This document shows positions 24,823-34,754 of a stretch of DNA of 64,000 nt, piece by piece (the stretch's first letter is position 1; every line of letters starts with the position of its first letter). A program made the translations under genes and the position numbers. Source of the stretch: Actinomycetes bacterium (lineage in GTDB: Bacteria; Actinomycetota; Thermoleophilia; Solirubrobacterales; JACPNS01); contig JAEYBE010000045.1 in NCBI GenBank assembly GCA_023404495.1, positions 6,970-70,969 of the forward strand, written 5' to 3'. The notes beneath the pieces are model-generated. The model had not been told where the DNA came from. It did not search any database and worked only from the letters and a program-made list of their open reading frames with translations.

Positions 24823-27024
24823 TCAGTTGACGAACGCGGCGTCAGAAGCGCGGTAGCGCTCCATCAACTCGTCCTGAACATTGCGGCGCTGCTCGCGGCT
24901 CGGCGGCGCAAGCCGCTCCCAGCCCGCGTCGCGCGTCAGCTCCCAGGCGTTTGAGTTGTCAACAAGGCAGCGCTCGAGTGTGTCAAACAGTTCGTCCTTG
25001 AGCGACTCATCCTCGACTGGGGTGACGAGCTCGACGCGGTTGTCGAGATTGCGGCGCATCAGGTCCGCCGAACCAATCAACACGCGCCGCTCGTCTCCGC
25101 GGATGAAGGCGTAGATGCGCGAGTGCTCAAGGAAGCGCCCGACCACTGAGTTGACCCGAATGTTCTCGGAGACCCCGGGGATGCCCGGCCGCAGGCAGCA
25201 GATTCCGCGCACATTGAGCTCGACCGGCACGCCGGCGCGCGAGGCACGAAACAGCGCCTCGATGCAAGCCACATCGACCAGCGAATTCATCTTCATCTTG
25301 ATCTGCGACGGCACACCGGCGCGGTGCGCGGCGATCGTCTTGTCGATCTCCTCGAGAATCCCGCTGCGCATCTGGTTCGGCGCGATCAGCACCTTGCGCA
25401 TCTGGCTCGGTCGCGCAAATCCCGTCAGGAAGTTGAACATGTCGGTCACATCGGCGCCGATCTGCGGATCGGTCGTGAAGAGTCCGAAGTCGGTGTACAG
25501 CCGGGCGGTGGCCGAGTGGTAGTTGCCGGTGCCGATGTGAACGTAGTTGCGCACCCCGTTGCCCTCGCGCCGCACGACAAGCACGCACTTGGTGTGCACC
25601 TTCAACGCCGGCGGCCCATAGACGACGTGCACGCCCGACTGTTCCAACTCGCGCGCCCAGGCGATGTTCGCTCGCTCATCGAATCGCGCCTTCAGCTCCA
25701 CCAGCGCCACCGCCTGCTTGCCGCGCTCGGATGCGCGGATCAGGGCCGGCACCAGCGGCGAGTCGTCGGAGGTGCGATACACCGTGAGCTTGATCGCCAA
25801 AACGTCGGGATCGTTGACCGCCTCGGCGACAAACCGCTCGACCGACGCCGAAAACGACTCGTACGGGTGGTGGACGAGGATGTCGCCCTCGCGCATCGCG
25901 CCGAGCACAGAGAGCTGTTCGCCGTCGGCATCGCGCAGCTTTGCCGGGATCACCGGCGACCACTTGACGTCGCGCAGATCGTCGTGGCCCGAGAGCTTCA
26001 CAACCTGCCAGAGGTCGTTGAGGTCGAGCAGGCCGTCGACCTCGAAGACGTCGCGCTCCTCGATCTCAAGTGACTCGACCAGCTCTTCGCGCAGTTCGCG
26101 CGCGATGCCCTTGCCGACTTCGAGCCGCACGACTTCGCCGAATCGGCGGCGGCGCAGCTCGTCCTCGACCGCGCGCAGCAGGTCGTCAGCTTCGTCGGAG
26201 ACAGTGAAGTCAGCGTCGCGCGTGACCCGGAAAGTCGCGTGGTCGAGAAGCTCCGTACCGGGGAAGAGCATCTCGAGGTTGTCCGCGATCACGTCCTCAA
26301 GCGGCACAAGCACGTCGCCCAAGGTCACGAACCGCGGGAGGATCTCTTTGGGGACCTTGACGCGCGCGAAGATCGTCTGGTCGAGCTGCGGGTCGCGCAG
26401 TAGCACCGCGAGGCTCAACGAGAGGTTCGAGATGTACGGAAACGGCCGGCCCGGCCCGACCGCCAGTGGAGTGAGCACCGGGAAGATCTGCGACTCAAAG
26501 ACGCGCGTCAGCTCCGCGCGCTCTTCGGGATCTAGCTCCTGAGCACGGCGGATGTGAATCTCGTGCTCAGCCAGCTGCGGGATCAGCGTCTCGTGCAGCA
26601 GGCGCGATTGGCGGTCGATCTGGTCCACCGCGCGCTCGCGGATCCCGCTGACGGTCTGCTCGGGCGTGAGGCCGTCGGCGCCGCGCTTTTCGATGCCGGC
26701 GTCGATCAGGTCGTGCATGCCGGCCACGCGGATCATCACGAACTCGTCGAAGTTGCTGGAGAAGATCGCCGTGAACTTGACGCGCTCAAGCAGCGGGGTG
26801 GCTGGGTCTTCGGCCAGCTGCAGCACGCGGTCGTTGAAGTCCATCCACGAGAGTTCGCGGTTGAAGAAATGGTCGCGGTCGCGTAGATCGACCTCGTCTG
26901 CCTGCAACTCCCGTGCGGCCGATTCGGCCGTGGAACGGGCAGCAGCCGGCACCGGCGTCGACTCGAAGGCGTCGCGCGGGATGACCTCGTGTGAGCGTGT
27001 TGTCGCGCTGTCAGGGTCGGTCAT
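24823..27024 (-). CDS. ppk: polyphosphate kinase 1
   Basis: FFNRELSWMDFNDRVLQLAEDP..PLLERVKFTAIFSSNFDEFVMIRVAG and HVVYG...KVHTKCVLVVRRE are classical PPK1 motifs. ATGA overlap with ppx. Confidence 0.95.
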   Translation of the reverse strand: MTDPDSATTRSHEVIPRDAFESTPVPAAARSTAESAARELQADEVDLRDRDHFFNRELSWMDFNDRVLQLAEDPATPLLERVKFTAIFSSNFDEFVMIRVAGMHDLIDAGIEKRGADGLTPEQTVSGIRERAVDQIDRQSRLLHETLIPQLAEHEIHIRRAQELDPEERAELTRVFESQIFPVLTPLAVGPGRPFPYISNLSLSLAVLLRDPQLDQTIFARVKVPKEILPRFVTLGDVLVPLEDVIADNLEMLFPGTELLDHATFRVTRDADFTVSDEADDLLRAVEDELRRRRFGEVVRLEVGKGIARELREELVESLEIEERDVFEVDGLLDLNDLWQVVKLSGHDDLRDVKWSPVIPAKLRDADGEQLSVLGAMREGDILVHHPYESFSASVERFVAEAVNDPDVLAIKLTVYRTSDDSPLVPALIRASERGKQAVALVELKARFDERANIAWARELEQSGVHVVYGPPALKVHTKCVLVVRREGNGVRNYVHIGTGNYHSATARLYTDFGLFTTDPQIGADVTDMFNFLTGFARPSQMRKVLIAPNQMRSGILEEIDKTIAAHRAGVPSQIKMKMNSLVDVACIEALFRASRAGVPVELNVRGICCLRPGIPGVSENIRVNSVVGRFLEHSRIYAFIRGDERRVLIGSADLMRRNLDNRVELVTPVEDESLKDELFDTLERCLVDNSNAWELTRDAGWERLAPPSREQRRNVQDELMERYRASDAAFVN

Positions 27025-27944
27025 GACAGCAATTCCAGCAGCTTTCCTTCACGAAGTCCTCCCTTGCCGATCTTCAGGGGACGAGCGAGGCGGTCGCCGA
27101 TGTCCTCGAGGATCATCACGCCGGCCGGAAGAACCTGCACGCGCTCGATGTCCAGGCCGAATTCTTCGGAGACCTCGTCGGCAGCGTGGCGGGTGATCAG
27201 GCGGATCGCCCGCTCCATCGTTTCGTGTTCGAGCACGTTGCCGACCATGCGCCGAAGCGACGAGGCCGTGCCGCCGATCGCGATCGCTTGATCGACCGTC
27301 GGGAAGGGGAATTGATCGAACATCTCGGCGACCTCTTCGCGCGCGGCGGAAAGATCGGCGGGGCTGGGCGGGTCGTTGTGGATGTGCATGTCCGAGACGA
27401 GCCCCGAGCCGATGCGAAACGAAGTCGACCATTTGACGCCATCGGCGAGCGTGCCAACAGCCACCTCTGTGGACCCGCCGCCGACGTCGATCACCGCGAT
27501 CGACTCGGCCGGATCCTGCGGCAGGTGGTGGGTTGCGCCAAGGAATGCCAGGCGCGCCTCTTCGTGCTCGTCGAGCACGTCGATGCGAACACCGCTCTCG
27601 CCCTCAATGGTCTCGACCAGCTCCTCGCCGTTGGTTGCGTCCCGTGTAGCGGCGGTCGCCATCGCGTAGACGTCCTTCGCACCCATCACCTTGGCGAGTT
27701 TGACCTGGGTCGCGATCGTCCCGGCGAGGTCGTGGATCTTTTTGTCGGGAATCGATCCGTCCTCTTCAAGACCGCGTCCAAGGCGGGTGTAGGCGCGCTG
27801 GCTGAGCAGCTGGCGGAATCCATCGCCGCGCCTCTCGGCGACCAGCAGGCGGGTGGTGTTTGAACCGATGTCGATCACGGCAGCCGGGTGCTTGCCGTTG
27901 GCCGCCTTGCCTCGCTGCTCCTTGCTGATCGGGTTTGTCGCCAT
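27021..27944 (-). CDS. ppx: Ppx/GppA family exopolyphosphatase
   Basis: AAVIDIGSNTTRLLVAE and IAVIDVGGGSTEV are ASKHA-fold phosphate-binding motifs of Ppx/GppA. Confidence 0.9.
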   Translation of the reverse strand: MATNPISKEQRGKAANGKHPAAVIDIGSNTTRLLVAERRGDGFRQLLSQRAYTRLGRGLEEDGSIPDKKIHDLAGTIATQVKLAKVMGAKDVYAMATAATRDATNGEELVETIEGESGVRIDVLDEHEEARLAFLGATHHLPQDPAESIAVIDVGGGSTEVAVGTLADGVKWSTSFRIGSGLVSDMHIHNDPPSPADLSAAREEVAEMFDQFPFPTVDQAIAIGGTASSLRRMVGNVLEHETMERAIRLITRHAADEVSEEFGLDIERVQVLPAGVMILEDIGDRLARPLKIGKGGLREGKLLELLS

Positions 27945-27998
27945 GCGTCTATCTCACCATACGCGGCGGGCAACCCTGCAAAGCGGTTGTGAACGCGG

Positions 27999-29117
27999 TC
28001 AGAGCTTCGGAATCTCGCGCAGGCGCTCGGCCAGCAGGCGGCTGTAGATCTTCTGAACCGGGCCCTCGGGCTGGGCAGTCTCAAGCGAGACGCTGCCGGA
28101 TTCCGTCAGGCGAGCCTTCAGCGGAACGCGTTCGGTGGTAGTGAGCAGGAGGGCTTCGATCTCGCCGTTCATGCCGACGGCGGCTTCGCGAGTGCCCAGC
28201 GCGGCCTCGATCGCCTGGCAGGCGGCGTCGGCCTCCTGCGTTGCAAGTCCACCTTGCTTCACGCGCGCGTCCGTGACGTCGCCAACGGCGAAGAGATTCT
28301 CGGTCCCCTTGACGCGTTGGAGCTCGTCGACCGGGATGAATCCGCCCTCGTCGGTCGGCACGCCTTGGGGGGCGCGCGGCTCGAGTCGCGGCATCGAAAT
28401 CAGGCGCTCGGCGGGGTATGTGGTCGAATCGTCGAGCGTGACTGCGTGTCCGTCGTAGTGGCTGACGGTGGCGTTGGCGTGAACGTGCACGCCGAGTCGG
28501 CGGCAGAAATCCGCGACGTGCGCGCTGTGATCGTCGCCGTAGACGCTCAGTGGGCTGGGTTCGGGGGTGGCGAGGGCGACCTCCACCTGCTGACCGGATT
28601 GGCGCTCGGCGCGATCGGCGGTCATCAGCGCGAGCTCATACAGCGGCAGCCGGTGCGTCGGGCCTTCGGGAACCGCGAAGAAGACCGTGCGCAGCTCACC
28701 GCGATCGACCTCGCCGATCACCGCGGTGACCTCCTCGATCGAGCCAGGCAGCCCGAGCGTGATCGCCGGCTCGGGCAGCGGCGCGCGCGGCGTCGTGCCG
28801 GTCGCGATCACCATCGCGTCGAAGACGAATTCGTCGCCCTCCGGCGAGTGAGCCTTGCCGGCTTCGTGATCGACACGATCGATCACCCCCTGCCACTGGC
28901 GCACATTCGGGTGGGCGATGATCTCCCCGACCGAATAGCGCGCGGTCTCGGAGACGCCGAACGGCTCCATCACGATGTTCGGGCGGTAGTGAAACTCGGT
29001 CTGCGGAGAGATCAGCTCGATGTCGGCGGCCAGGTGCGTGCTGCGGCTGAGCGCAAGCGTCGCCTCAAGCGCGCCCGGTCCACTGCCAGCAACAAGAATC
29101 CGAACCCGCTCGCTCAT
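27999..29117 (-). CDS. NAD(P)/FAD-dependent oxidoreductase (SQR/NDH-2-like fold)
   Basis: RILVAGSGPGALEATLAL dinucleotide-binding motif and LFAVGDVTD. It lacks the Cys motifs seen in the sqr paralog at 19999..21222. Confidence 0.8.
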   Translation of the reverse strand: MSERVRILVAGSGPGALEATLALSRSTHLAADIELISPQTEFHYRPNIVMEPFGVSETARYSVGEIIAHPNVRQWQGVIDRVDHEAGKAHSPEGDEFVFDAMVIATGTTPRAPLPEPAITLGLPGSIEEVTAVIGEVDRGELRTVFFAVPEGPTHRLPLYELALMTADRAERQSGQQVEVALATPEPSPLSVYGDDHSAHVADFCRRLGVHVHANATVSHYDGHAVTLDDSTTYPAERLISMPRLEPRAPQGVPTDEGGFIPVDELQRVKGTENLFAVGDVTDARVKQGGLATQEADAACQAIEAALGTREAAVGMNGEIEALLLTTTERVPLKARLTESGSVSLETAQPEGPVQKIYSRLLAERLREIPKL

Positions 29118-29159
29118 GCGCTGAATCTACTCGGCGCGCACGGTGGCAAGCGGGTTTTT

Positions 29160-29208
29160 CACCATCACATACGTCCTATGGAGCTCCACAAGACGTATGT
29201 GATTGGTG
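29160..29208. repeat. REP-like palindromic element, copy 2 (upstream of RAYT)
   Basis: CACCATCACATACGTCCTATGGAGCTCCACAAGACGTATGTGATTGGTG shares its core with copies 1 and 3. Confidence 0.75.
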
Positions 29209-29324
29209 GATCTGGCTTATCTACGCGGTGTGGCGAAAAGAATTTCGGATTTGGGGGGTGAATTGGCGGGGGCTTTCTCATTAACCCCTCGCAAGTTCAA
29301 TTCGCGACCGGAGAGGGGTGCCGC

Positions 29325-29999
29325 TTGGCATCTGGGATCCAACTCAAACCGAAGAACGCCGCCAACACGAGTTTCCATGTGACTGCTCGCGGAGTCGGCA
29401 ACTTGCGACCGTTTCGTCGAATCGCCGACAAACACGACTTCCTGGCGCGGTTCGCGTGGTACCTCAGCGAGAAGCGCTACGTGGCCGCTTCCGGCCGACC
29501 CTACGACAAGCTGTTCGATGAGGTCGCCGTGCTCGCGTTCTGCATCCTCGACAACCATTTCCACCTGATCCTCCACCAGTTCACGGACAACGGAATGGAG
29601 CGATTGATGCGAAGAGTTCTCTGCGGGTTCGGGAGATCGTTCAATGCGCGAAGCGATTGGCACGGACCCGTCTTTGATGGCAGATACGCGGCCAATCCGC
29701 TGATCCATCCAGATCACCTGCGTGAATCGATCGCATACACGATCCTCAATGACCCGATCGCCCAGCTGGAGAACGAATTCTGTAGCAACGCGATCATGCT
29801 CGGCGATCAGACTTCATCCTGGTTGCGCCGAGACCTTGCGCTGGGCGTATTCGATGGCGTGAAGGGCTATTGCGACTACATGAATCGAACCGGACCACGC
29901 CGAGTCTCTTCGAAGCTGCGCAGCTGGAACATCGATCCGACGCTCCATCCGTACCGCCCGATCTCTTCCCCTCGTGTCCCGACCCACTCACGCTTCTAA
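29325..29999 (+). CDS. REP-associated tyrosine transposase (RAYT, IS200/IS605-like Y1 HUH family)
   Basis: HUH motif LDNHFHLILHQ, and Tyr motif ESIAYTILNDP (compare Y-I-x-x-N-P). TTG start at 29325 preceded by GGAGAGGGG. Confidence 0.75.
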   Translation: MASGIQLKPKNAANTSFHVTARGVGNLRPFRRIADKHDFLARFAWYLSEKRYVAASGRPYDKLFDEVAVLAFCILDNHFHLILHQFTDNGMERLMRRVLCGFGRSFNARSDWHGPVFDGRYAANPLIHPDHLRESIAYTILNDPIAQLENEFCSNAIMLGDQTSSWLRRDLALGVFDGVKGYCDYMNRTGPRRVSSKLRSWNIDPTLHPYRPISSPRVPTHSRF

Positions 30000-30010
30000 G
30001 CGGAATCTCC

Positions 30011-30054
30011 CAACCACATACGTCCTATGGCGTTCCATAGGACGTATGTGGTTG
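30011..30054. repeat. REP-like palindromic element, copy 3 (12 bp after RAYT stop)
   Basis: CAACCACATACGTCCTATGGCGTTCCATAGGACGTATGTGGTTG. Confidence 0.75.
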
Positions 30055-30113
30055 CTAAGGATCACTTGCGACTGTTTCGGCGACGCCCGTAGGTGCGCGG
30101 GGTTCGTCGCGAC

Positions 30114-31484
30114 TTAGATGTGCGGATTCGTCTTGACCAGATGCTTGCGCTGGAGCTCGTGGAGGCCGCCCGTGACTTCGAGACTCTTGCACTCCTGCTC
30201 GATGTCATTCGCCAGGGTTTCGACCATCGTGTAGGTGAAGGTCTCCTTGACCAGGGCGCGCAGCAGCGTGACCTCTTCGGCGTCGGGCGGCAGGGTGTAC
30301 GCCGGAACCATCCATCCGCGCCGCGCCGAAAGCGCGCCGGCCACGTCGAACTCGTCGAAGCCCCAGTCCTTGTTGAGCTTGAACGCGACCAGCGGCAACT
30401 GCGGCTCGCCCTCGAGAATCAGATCGAAGTAGCCGCTCTCCTTGATCCGCCGGCCAAGTTCGATCGCGTTCTGCATCATCAGCTTGATCACTGCCTCGTA
30501 CCCAGCGCGCCCCAGTCGAACGAATTGGTAGTACTGCGCCAGCAGCATCGACGAGCCGGTCGAAAAGTTCAGCGTGAAGGTCGCGTCCTCTTTGCCCAGG
30601 TAGTTCTCCATGAACACGAGGTCCTGACAGAGATCTGCCTTCTCGCGGAAGATCACCCAGCCGATGCCCGGGTAGACGAGTCCGAACTTGTGCCCCGACG
30701 CATTGATCGATCGCACCTGCTCAAGCCGGAAGTCCCACTTGACGTCCGGATAGAGAAACGGCCACACGAACGCGCCCGACGCGCCGTCGACGTGAATCGG
30801 CACGTCGAGCCCTTCCTTCTCCTTCAGCTCGACGAGCATGTCGTTGATCCCGGAGACGTCATCGGAGTGGCCGGTGAAGGTCGTGCCCACGACGGCAGCA
30901 ACACCGATCGTGTTCTCGTCAATGAAAGGCCGAACGTCCTCCGCGTCGATCGTGTACTTGTCGGCCGCGAGCGGAACGATCCGCGGCTCGACATCGAAGT
31001 AGCGGCAGAACTTGTCCCAGACGACATGCACGTCGCCGCCGAAGATCAGGTTGGGCTTGGTCGCGTCCTTCCCCTCGGCCTCGCGACGCTTGCGCCAGTT
31101 CCACTTGAGGTTCAGCGCGCCGAGCATGATCGCCTCGGACGACCCCTGGGTGCGCGCTCCGGTCGTCTCTCCCGGCGCGTTGAAGAGCTCGGCGAGGATC
31201 CGGATGCAGCGCTGCTCGATCTCCGCCGTCTGCGGATACTCGGCGTGGTCGATGAAATTTCGGTGCAGGTTGTCGGCGATCAGCTTCTGCGCCGAGGGCT
31301 CCATCCAAGTGGTTACGAACGTCGCGAGATTTCGCATCGGTTCGCTGTCAAGAAAGAGCTCCGCCTCGATCAACATTCGCGCCTCTTCAGCGCCGATGCC
31401 GTTGTCGTGGAGCCGGTCCGTCGGCAACTTCTCGAGGTTGATCTTGTCGAGAGCTCCCTGCGTGGAATCGTTGAGTGCGTGCAT
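30114..31484 (-). CDS. glutamate decarboxylase (PLP-dependent)
   Basis: NLATFVTTWMEP...AEYPQTAEIEQRC and PLP-lysine motif SINASGHKFGLVYPGIGWVIFR. ATG 31484 gives a length of about 456 aa, typical of GAD. Confidence 0.9.
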   Translation of the reverse strand: MHALNDSTQGALDKINLEKLPTDRLHDNGIGAEEARMLIEAELFLDSEPMRNLATFVTTWMEPSAQKLIADNLHRNFIDHAEYPQTAEIEQRCIRILAELFNAPGETTGARTQGSSEAIMLGALNLKWNWRKRREAEGKDATKPNLIFGGDVHVVWDKFCRYFDVEPRIVPLAADKYTIDAEDVRPFIDENTIGVAAVVGTTFTGHSDDVSGINDMLVELKEKEGLDVPIHVDGASGAFVWPFLYPDVKWDFRLEQVRSINASGHKFGLVYPGIGWVIFREKADLCQDLVFMENYLGKEDATFTLNFSTGSSMLLAQYYQFVRLGRAGYEAVIKLMMQNAIELGRRIKESGYFDLILEGEPQLPLVAFKLNKDWGFDEFDVAGALSARRGWMVPAYTLPPDAEEVTLLRALVKETFTYTMVETLANDIEQECKSLEVTGGLHELQRKHLVKTNPHI

Positions 31485-31602
31485 GCGGCAACTCTGCCAG
31501 ATTGTCCGGAAGCGTGTTGCCAGCTGTTCCGCTGAGAGAACCGCAGAAACACGAACGGCCACCCGAAGGTGGCCGCTCGCATTCGTCATCCTGGGGAGGT
31601 GA

Positions 31603-33423
31603 CTAGTACAACACCGGATCCGGAGGAGACACGGTGAAGCTGTAGGTCTGGCCGGAGCCAGACATCAGGCTGCTCAGTAGCGGACCCTGGAGCCCGCATC
31701 CGGAGAGCGACGCAAAGGTCGTCGTGCCCGAGAAGCCGATCTTGCCGGCGCCAAGGTCCGAGACCGGGCCGCTGTAGGAGAGCGGCAGCGTCGACGGCGA
31801 GGTCGTGCTGCAGCCCGACGGAATCTGGAACGGTCCAGACCCGACCGACTCGAGCGCGATGTTCACCTTCACCTGGCCGTTGATCGAGAGCTGGCCGCCG
31901 TTGCTCACGGCAACTGTGCCGGTGAGTGGACCGCTCTGCGTGATCGAGAGCTTCACGGTGATCGGGATGCCGACCAGGGTGAGGTTCTGGTTGAACGTCG
32001 GGATGTTCAGCGCCGAGTTGTTCAGCTGGCCGGCGGTCACGTTCGCGTCAGTCGTGAACGTCGCGTTGCTCGGCAGCGTGACGTCCTGGTCGAGCGTCTT
32101 CAGGTGTACCTTGCCGCCAAGCTTCCAGTTCTTCATCGAGATGACGAAGTTGCCGGCGTTGTTGTTGGCGTTGGAGGTCGGCTTGGCGCGCAGCGTGAGG
32201 CACGTGCCAAGCGTGTAGTTGCCATTGATGCGGGCCTCCAGGAAGGAGAGCGCGCCCGAAGCACCCTGGAACTGGGTCGCAATGTGCTCTGACGGATAGG
32301 CCTCGTACGTCACATTGGTGCCCTTGTCGCAGTAGGCCTTCTTCAGGTCGATCGACGGCTGCAGCGGGATGAACTCATCGGCGGTGCCGTGGTAGAGGTA
32401 CAGCGGCACCGGGATCTTCGCCGTGCCGAGCTTCTGCGCGTCGACCGCAGCGCCGATCGCCGGGTTGGCCAGCAGCTGGCTGAGCGTCTGGTTGCCGACC
32501 GTGTACTCGGAGAGGCTGTGGTTGAGGTAGGTGAAGAGCGCCTCAAACACGCACATCTGCTTGGCTGCAGCGATCGTCGCCTGTCCGTTTGCATTTGCAA
32601 GCGTGTTCAGGTTGATGGCCGACGGGTACTGCTGCGCCAGGCCGTAAATCGCCATCAGCATGAAAGCCTCACCGTTGCGGCCGTCGAGGTTGGCGGCGGT
32701 GCTGCGCAGGTCCGCGGGAACGCCACCGGCAGCGACGCCGACAACGTTCAGAGCGGAGGCGTATGAGGCCTCGATCTCACCGGCTTCGGCAGCCGTCTGG
32801 CCGCCCTGCGAGTAACCCCAGATCGCGACTTTGGTCGAGCTCTTGAGGCCGACGTTCGGCACCGTGAACGCCGAGCGAACCGCGTCAAGCAGCGCGCGGG
32901 CCGCGTTCTGACCGACGATGTAGGTCGGGTTTGCGCCGTTGGTGTAGCCGTCGTTGTCGGTGATCACAACCGCGTAGCCCTTCTTCAGGGCGGCGACGAT
33001 GTTGGCGATCTCGTAGTCACTGCCGGCAGCAATCTGCTTGCTCGGTGCGCACTGCGAGCCGAGGCCGTGGGTGCCGACTGCGTAGGCGACGACCGGACGT
33101 GGGTTCAGACCGAGGAATCCGGCGTCCCAGCTGGTGGTCGGCACGAGCACCGTCGCGGTTGCCGCCACGCGCGTACCGTCGATCTTCGTGGTCGTGTACT
33201 GCGTGCGCCAGGCGTTCAGGCCAGGCGCGCCGGAGCCGAGGTTGGCGGATGAGCTCGCGTACTTGATCAGCGTGCCGTTGCCGCTGGGCAGTGAGCCCGG
33301 AACGTTGTAGACGTCGGTCGTCGTCGTGGACGTCGCGGCCGAAGCCGATCCGGCCAGCGCCAACGCGATGAGGACCGGCAGCGCAAATGCAGCCAGCCGC
33401 ATCTTCAGTAGATGCTTTTGCAT
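31603..33423 (-). CDS. secretory lipase (LIP family) with C-terminal extension
   Basis: Signal peptide MQKHLLKMRLAAFALPVLIALALAGSASA, nucleophile elbow VAIWGYSQGGQTA, and about 190 aa of extra C-terminal beta-rich domain. A GGGGGA RBS precedes ATG 33423. Confidence 0.8.
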   Translation of the reverse strand: MQKHLLKMRLAAFALPVLIALALAGSASAATSTTTTDVYNVPGSLPSGNGTLIKYASSSANLGSGAPGLNAWRTQYTTTKIDGTRVAATATVLVPTTSWDAGFLGLNPRPVVAYAVGTHGLGSQCAPSKQIAAGSDYEIANIVAALKKGYAVVITDNDGYTNGANPTYIVGQNAARALLDAVRSAFTVPNVGLKSSTKVAIWGYSQGGQTAAEAGEIEASYASALNVVGVAAGGVPADLRSTAANLDGRNGEAFMLMAIYGLAQQYPSAINLNTLANANGQATIAAAKQMCVFEALFTYLNHSLSEYTVGNQTLSQLLANPAIGAAVDAQKLGTAKIPVPLYLYHGTADEFIPLQPSIDLKKAYCDKGTNVTYEAYPSEHIATQFQGASGALSFLEARINGNYTLGTCLTLRAKPTSNANNNAGNFVISMKNWKLGGKVHLKTLDQDVTLPSNATFTTDANVTAGQLNNSALNIPTFNQNLTLVGIPITVKLSITQSGPLTGTVAVSNGGQLSINGQVKVNIALESVGSGPFQIPSGCSTTSPSTLPLSYSGPVSDLGAGKIGFSGTTTFASLSGCGLQGPLLSSLMSGSGQTYSFTVSPPDPVLY

Positions 33424-33508
33424 GAATCCCCCAAAGGACTTGATCTTGATTGAGACTTCCGGCGCAGGACCCCCCAAGGGCTGGCCAGTCGGCCAAAGAT
33501 AACAGATA

Positions 33509-33540
33509 ATCCGAAACTGATTCGGTTTTTGTTTCGGTTT
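33509..33540. promoter_or_regulatory. inverted repeats in lipase/TetR divergent region (candidate TetR operator)
   Basis: CCGAAAC (33511-17) pairs with GTTTCGG (33531-37). A nested pair CCGAA/TTCGG sits in an AT-richer patch. Confidence 0.3.
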
Positions 33541-33581
33541 GAGCGGCGCGGCGCGCGGTACCCTCGCCTGCGGGAGGGGCA

Positions 33582-34268
33582 TTGGCGACCAAGGAACCAC
33601 GCCAGAAACGCAGCCGCGAGCGCGTAGAGAAGATCATGCTGGCGGCCGGCGACCTACTGGCAAAAACGGCTGACGCCGATGCGCTCACGACGACATCGGT
33701 CTCCAAGCGCTCCGGTGTTCCCGTGGCGACGATCTACCGCTACTTCGCCGACCGCTCGGCGATCATCTCTGCCTTGATCGACCGCGAGACGGCCGAGATT
33801 GACGAGGTCGTTATCGAGCGGCTCGCCAGGCTTGAGACGATCAGCTTTTCGATCCTGCTTGAGACGATCATGCAGGCGCACCTTGAGCACTTCCAAGCCA
33901 GTCGCCGCTCGATCGTGCTGTGGTTTGGCGCGCGCAAGAGCAACGAGGTGCTCGGCCGCGTCGAACGCCGATACAAGTACCTCGGCGACTGGCTCAAGAA
34001 CGGGGCGATGAGTTCCGAGATGGCCGTTCCCGAGACTCCCCCATTCGGCCCAGAACTGATCGTCTGGACCTGCGACCGAGCGTTTGAGTTCATGTTCCGC
34101 GAGGAGCGCGGGGTCGAGGTGGAGCAGCAGATCATGGATCTGACCCTTGCGCTGGTCGGCGAGTCGGTCCGAATGTACGACACCCCGCGCGGGCGCGACG
34201 GCATCCCGCGCGACGAGTTTCAGAAGCACTTCGGGCCGTACGCACCGCCTAACGGCCCGGCGAGCTGA
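33582..34268 (+). CDS. TetR/AcrR family transcriptional regulator
   Basis: TTTSVSKRSGVPVATIYRYFADRSAI is a TetR HTH. TTG start. Divergent from the lipase gene. Confidence 0.85.
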   Translation: MATKEPRQKRSRERVEKIMLAAGDLLAKTADADALTTTSVSKRSGVPVATIYRYFADRSAIISALIDRETAEIDEVVIERLARLETISFSILLETIMQAHLEHFQASRRSIVLWFGARKSNEVLGRVERRYKYLGDWLKNGAMSSEMAVPETPPFGPELIVWTCDRAFEFMFREERGVEVEQQIMDLTLALVGESVRMYDTPRGRDGIPRDEFQKHFGPYAPPNGPAS

Positions 34269-34385
34269 TTCGCGTGCGCCGCGTTGCTTCGCAGGCGAAG
34301 CAACGCGGCCAGACCTCCAGTGGTATCAGTGAGGTAAGTCCGCCGGCCCCGGCGGACGCCGCAGTCCCAATCTTTGGAGGAAGTC

Positions 34386-34712
34386 ATGATTTGCGCAATG
34401 ACCGCGCGCCGTATCACCGACGGTCGCGTGGACGAGTTCATCGAGAAGTTCGGCGAGGCGCCGGAGAAGATCCCAGAGGAGATCGCGAGCAAGTTCAAAG
34501 GCGTCTACGCCTGTCGCGACTCCGAAGACCCCAACGTGATTCTCACGTTTGGTCTGTTTGACGGAACGCTCGAGGAGTTCCGCGAGCTGCAGTCGGGCGA
34601 CGAGCGCGCCGAGCAGCTCGACCAGATCGCACCAATGGTCGAGGAGGTCCTGATCGACAGCTCCTTCGAGGTGGTGCGCGATCTATCCCCCGCAATGTCC
34701 CCCGCGCGATAA
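34386..34712 (+). CDS. small hypothetical protein (possible dimeric alpha/beta-barrel fold)
   Basis: GGAGG (34376-80) lies 5 nt before ATG 34386. Acidic 108-aa product. The fold assignment is only a guess. Confidence 0.55.
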   Translation: MICAMTARRITDGRVDEFIEKFGEAPEKIPEEIASKFKGVYACRDSEDPNVILTFGLFDGTLEEFRELQSGDERAEQLDQIAPMVEEVLIDSSFEVVRDLSPAMSPAR

Positions 34713-34754
34713 GTCACGCGCGTCCCGGCAGGAGCGCGAGGACTACGTAAGACA

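Larger units (their letters stand above)
29160..30054 (+). mobile_element. REP-RAYT-REP unit
   Basis: A Y1/HUH transposase-like gene is flanked on both sides by the same palindromic element. Confidence 0.7.
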
